A stretch of 64,000 nt of DNA from Sporopachydermia quercuum (Eukaryota), in the NCBI GenBank assembly GCA_001599295.1, contig BCGN01000003.1, forward strand, positions 310,001 through 374,000. Reading direction: 5' to 3'. Below the pieces are notes generated by a model that was given only the letters and a program-made list of their open reading frames with translations, was not told the origin of the DNA and ran no database searches. Positions 60,924 to 64,000 of this stretch are shown piece by piece. Every line of letters begins with the position of its first letter. The first letter of the stretch is position 1. Position numbers and translations under genes: made by a program.

Positions 60924-61075
60924 AATATATGATTTTGGTGCATATTGGAGGTCAAACGATCATTTCTTCACTCTAGGAGGAATCAGTGACACGATGAATA
61001 ATATCTAATACTATAAAGTATCTACTACTAATCTAATCGCTATATAGTAATATCACTACGTTAGTAAATAACTAC

Positions 61076-63604
61076 TTAGAAACCAATCAATCTCATCATC
61101 AAATAGCCAACAGTAACAATGATAAGGTATGCAATAACTGAACTTGGAACACCACGGGTGATGAAATTTGACACTGTGATGTATGGTCTTCCCATTTCAT
61201 CCACCATACAAATAGCAGTAACATTAGGGAAGCCTGAGGTTGGTAAACCCATAGCAGCTGAGCATATTAAAGCGCTTGACATCACAAGTAATCTTGGTTG
61301 AGGATCATCTAACTTAGAACCAATTTCTCTAACTAATGGCAAAATAATTAATGCGGCTACTGTATGAGAAACAAAGGTCGCAACGACTAGTATCATAGCA
61401 CCGAAAGTAAGCATTATGCCAAATAGACTGAAGTCCTTCACTATATTCTGAATAGAGATTGCAATTGTTGCTAGTAGTCCAGATGATGAAACTGCTTTAC
61501 CTAAAGCTATACCTCCCATGGCCAAAACAATAATTGTCCATAGGAAGTTATTGAAATCCTCTGCAGTTAAAAGTCCAGTACCGAAGAATAAGACTATAGG
61601 AATAATAGCAATGACACCCATATCACCAAAAATACCTTCTAATTGATGACTTACGCACCATAAAATAATTGTCCCTATCGTCACTAACGCAATATACCAC
61701 TGAACAAATGAAAAGTTAGCATCTATTGTTCGAATGGCAACAATATTGGCACCGGAGATTTTGAAGCTAGACATCAGAAAAACCCAGATCAGTACAACAG
61801 CTATAAAGCAAACAGGCAATGCAATGAAAAACCATTGACCCCAAGAAGCTTGAGGATCCATATTTTCTAAAGCAACAATGTTTTGAGGTGAAGCAATAGG
61901 TGATGCCATACCACCAACATTTGAAGCAAGAGCAATACCAAGAATTAATGCTTTACCAAAAGGTGAGCCCTTGGGTAATGTTCTTAGTAAAGGTTGAACG
62001 ATTGAAAAACATAGAACAGGTGCTGCAACGTTGGAAACCCACATAGAAGCAATCATTGCCACAAACATTACAGTCAATAGAACATTCTTAGGTTCTGTTC
62101 CAGCTTTAGAAAGAACCCATGTTGAAATTAGCTTGGCAATCTGAAACTTGGATAATGCAGCAGCTAAAGTAAACCCACCTAACAGCAACATAATAACAGA
62201 AGTCCACATTGCGGAGAAAATGAATTTGGAAGTATCAGATGCATCCATTGGGGTACCATCAGCATTTTTGATTACCTTCAAAATAACAATTAGGAAAGGA
62301 ATTAAAATCGATGTAACAAACAGTGGTAAAGTCTCTGTTGCCCATAACAAAGAGGATAAGATTAATAATGCAAAACATCTGGATTGTATGGGATCACTGA
62401 ATGTTGGAATAAGAAGCAAGAGAGCAAATATTGATAATATTATCACTAGTTTAACAAAACGACCATTGAATAAAAATGATGGTATCAGGATTTTATATTT
62501 GCCCACATTCAAATATTTCTTTTCATACATCATGTTCTTGCTATCATCATCAATGTCTTTTCCACTATTTGCTGCCTGAGTTTTTCTCTCTAAGTCAATC
62601 ATATCTCTCCAAACAGTATTACGTTCCCAAACGATATATTCCCGTAGATGTAATCTGAGCTCTGACTTTGCAGTTTCGATATCAGGACAATTTGCCATTT
62701 CAGCATAATCAGCAATTAAATGATCAATTCTTGCATCTAATGATTGAATGGTAGAGGGATTGAATACATATGTTGTTTCTAGTAGCTTCAGGTAGTTCGA
62801 TTTCAATTCTGTTAATAATGACTTATCGAATTTTTTCAAAATTTTAGCAAAACCAGTCTGATTGAGAGTTATGTAAGATTTTAATTCTGATAACTGAACA
62901 AAACACGAAGTAATTCTTTTCTTTAATGTGATTTGCATGTCTGTTAAAACATCGTATTCATCATCCCAGAACTGAGGAGAAACAGACCTTCCAACAGATG
63001 CAGCTCTTAGAGATTTTCTTCTCGATAGTTTTCTACTAAGACGACTGCCCCTTCTTGGTCGCCCTTTGAATGCCGTTACCTCATCATCATCAGCACTATT
63101 GTGGGCTTCAGCCGCTTGATGTATAAGATTTGGATCATGACTTGGAAAACCATGTTGGGATTCTGGCATACTGCTTCTTCTATCTAAAGGGGANCCGGCT
63201 TCTATGTCATCAAATTCATCATCATCATCAGAATCGATACCAGACAATCTTCTCGCTCCAAACGTTGGTGTTTTAAAAGTACCTAGGGTCATGTCATTTT
63301 GAAACTGCTGAATGTCNACTTCTAGATTGTTGATTTCTTTGAATACTTCCTTTTCTTTATTACGATAGAAAGTATCAATTTTCTGTAATTCAATATCCAG
63401 GGCATCTGTAAAGGCGTTCTCTGGATTTCTGTATCTCGTAGTAATCAAATGGGCAGCTTCCGTATCATGGTTTTTCTGTTCATTTTCGTAGGCGATGGAC
63501 TCTCTTTGAAGAGCATATATAAGCTTCTTCAAATTCGAGTAAGCAATATACTTTGAACTCCATTCAGGTACCGCGTTGAATTGAATTGAATGAGAGAACT
63601 TCAT
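61076..63604 (-). CDS. PHO91: SPX-domain low-affinity phosphate transporter (Pho91/Pho87/90 family)
   Basis: MKFSHSIQFNAVPEWSSKYIAYSNLKKLIY, LNQTGFAKILKKFDK, VWERNTVWRDM, ASNVGGMASPIASPQN, GLPTSGFPN. The short SPX insert favours Pho91. Confidence 0.92.
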   Translation of the reverse strand: MKFSHSIQFNAVPEWSSKYIAYSNLKKLIYALQRESIAYENEQKNHDTEAAHLITTRYRNPENAFTDALDIELQKIDTFYRNKEKEVFKEINNLEXDIQQFQNDMTLGTFKTPTFGARRLSGIDSDDDDEFDDIEAXSPLDRRSSMPESQHGFPSHDPNLIHQAAEAHNSADDDEVTAFKGRPRRGSRLSRKLSRRKSLRAASVGRSVSPQFWDDEYDVLTDMQITLKKRITSCFVQLSELKSYITLNQTGFAKILKKFDKSLLTELKSNYLKLLETTYVFNPSTIQSLDARIDHLIADYAEMANCPDIETAKSELRLHLREYIVWERNTVWRDMIDLERKTQAANSGKDIDDDSKNMMYEKKYLNVGKYKILIPSFLFNGRFVKLVIILSIFALLLLIPTFSDPIQSRCFALLILSSLLWATETLPLFVTSILIPFLIVILKVIKNADGTPMDASDTSKFIFSAMWTSVIMLLLGGFTLAAALSKFQIAKLISTWVLSKAGTEPKNVLLTVMFVAMIASMWVSNVAAPVLCFSIVQPLLRTLPKGSPFGKALILGIALASNVGGMASPIASPQNIVALENMDPQASWGQWFFIALPVCFIAVVLIWVFLMSSFKISGANIVAIRTIDANFSFVQWYIALVTIGTIILWCVSHQLEGIFGDMGVIAIIPIVLFFGTGLLTAEDFNNFLWTIIVLAMGGIALGKAVSSSGLLATIAISIQNIVKDFSLFGIMLTFGAMILVVATFVSHTVAALIILPLVREIGSKLDDPQPRLLVMSSALICSAAMGLPTSGFPNVTAICMVDEMGRPYITVSNFITRGVPSSVIAYLIIVTVGYLMMRLIGF

Positions 63605-64000
63605 AATTGACTCTGAATTCTAATGATAAATGAGATCACCCTTTGGATCCACTCAATTTACAGTAAAAATTTGGTCTGATGAATTGATCAATTAGTCGAA
63701 TGACATATAATATCAAGTGCTTCAGACTGATTACAGTGAAGACATCAAGATGATTTAGCTGAATGGCTGTTACTGTTAGATTCTATCGATACCTTCCAGT
63801 AACAGGCACAGTTAAGAACTTTTATTTTCCACCAAGTAAATACAATTCTCACACCTGATTTTTTTGTGAGTATGCAGTTTGTTTGATTGTTTCACGTCAG
63901 CTGTCTTTTATTTTTTCTTTTGGCTTCTTCGTTGGACTCCAAANGGAAGAGGATACTATTTTCTCTCATAAAGAAACTGAATAACAGGGAATGAGNAGCA

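Overview
AT-rich eukaryotic DNA from a budding yeast (Saccharomycotina-type gene set) with frequent short spliceosomal introns (GTAAGT/GTATGT/GTATGA donors, CTAAC branch points close to a YAG acceptor). CUG is read as Leu at conserved positions. I can support about 23 protein-coding genes. Intronless in the CDS: peroxisomal-type Lon, RPN7, RTG2, GPH1, a Bsp1-like CPI-motif protein, ANP1, an aquaglyceroporin, a DUF3112/RTA1-like membrane protein, an Hbn1/Frm2 nitroreductase, SDS3, a KTR mannosyltransferase, histone H3, an AVT transporter, URK1, PHO91, a small orphan ORF and a large atypical Ras-like P-loop protein. Spliced genes rebuilt by hand because the ORF track fragments them: hexokinase, MIM1, RPR2, PRE6, a DUF202-like protein, an LrgB-like transporter, histone H4, AIM19 and SIW14. 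I recognised no rRNA, tRNA, intact transposon or CRISPR array. The most unusual items are: (1) a ~650-aa Ras-like protein whose G-boxes are separated by very large insertions and which lacks CAAX; (2) a divergent H3/H4 pair with substitutions at normally near-invariant sites (H3 Y78/N80 around K79, T31; H4 S13); (3) an aquaglyceroporin that has lost the filter tryptophan; (4) proteasome alpha4 with YDS in place of the YDR gate motif. Gene names come from recalled family motifs, not database searches. Scattered n bases do not shift frames.
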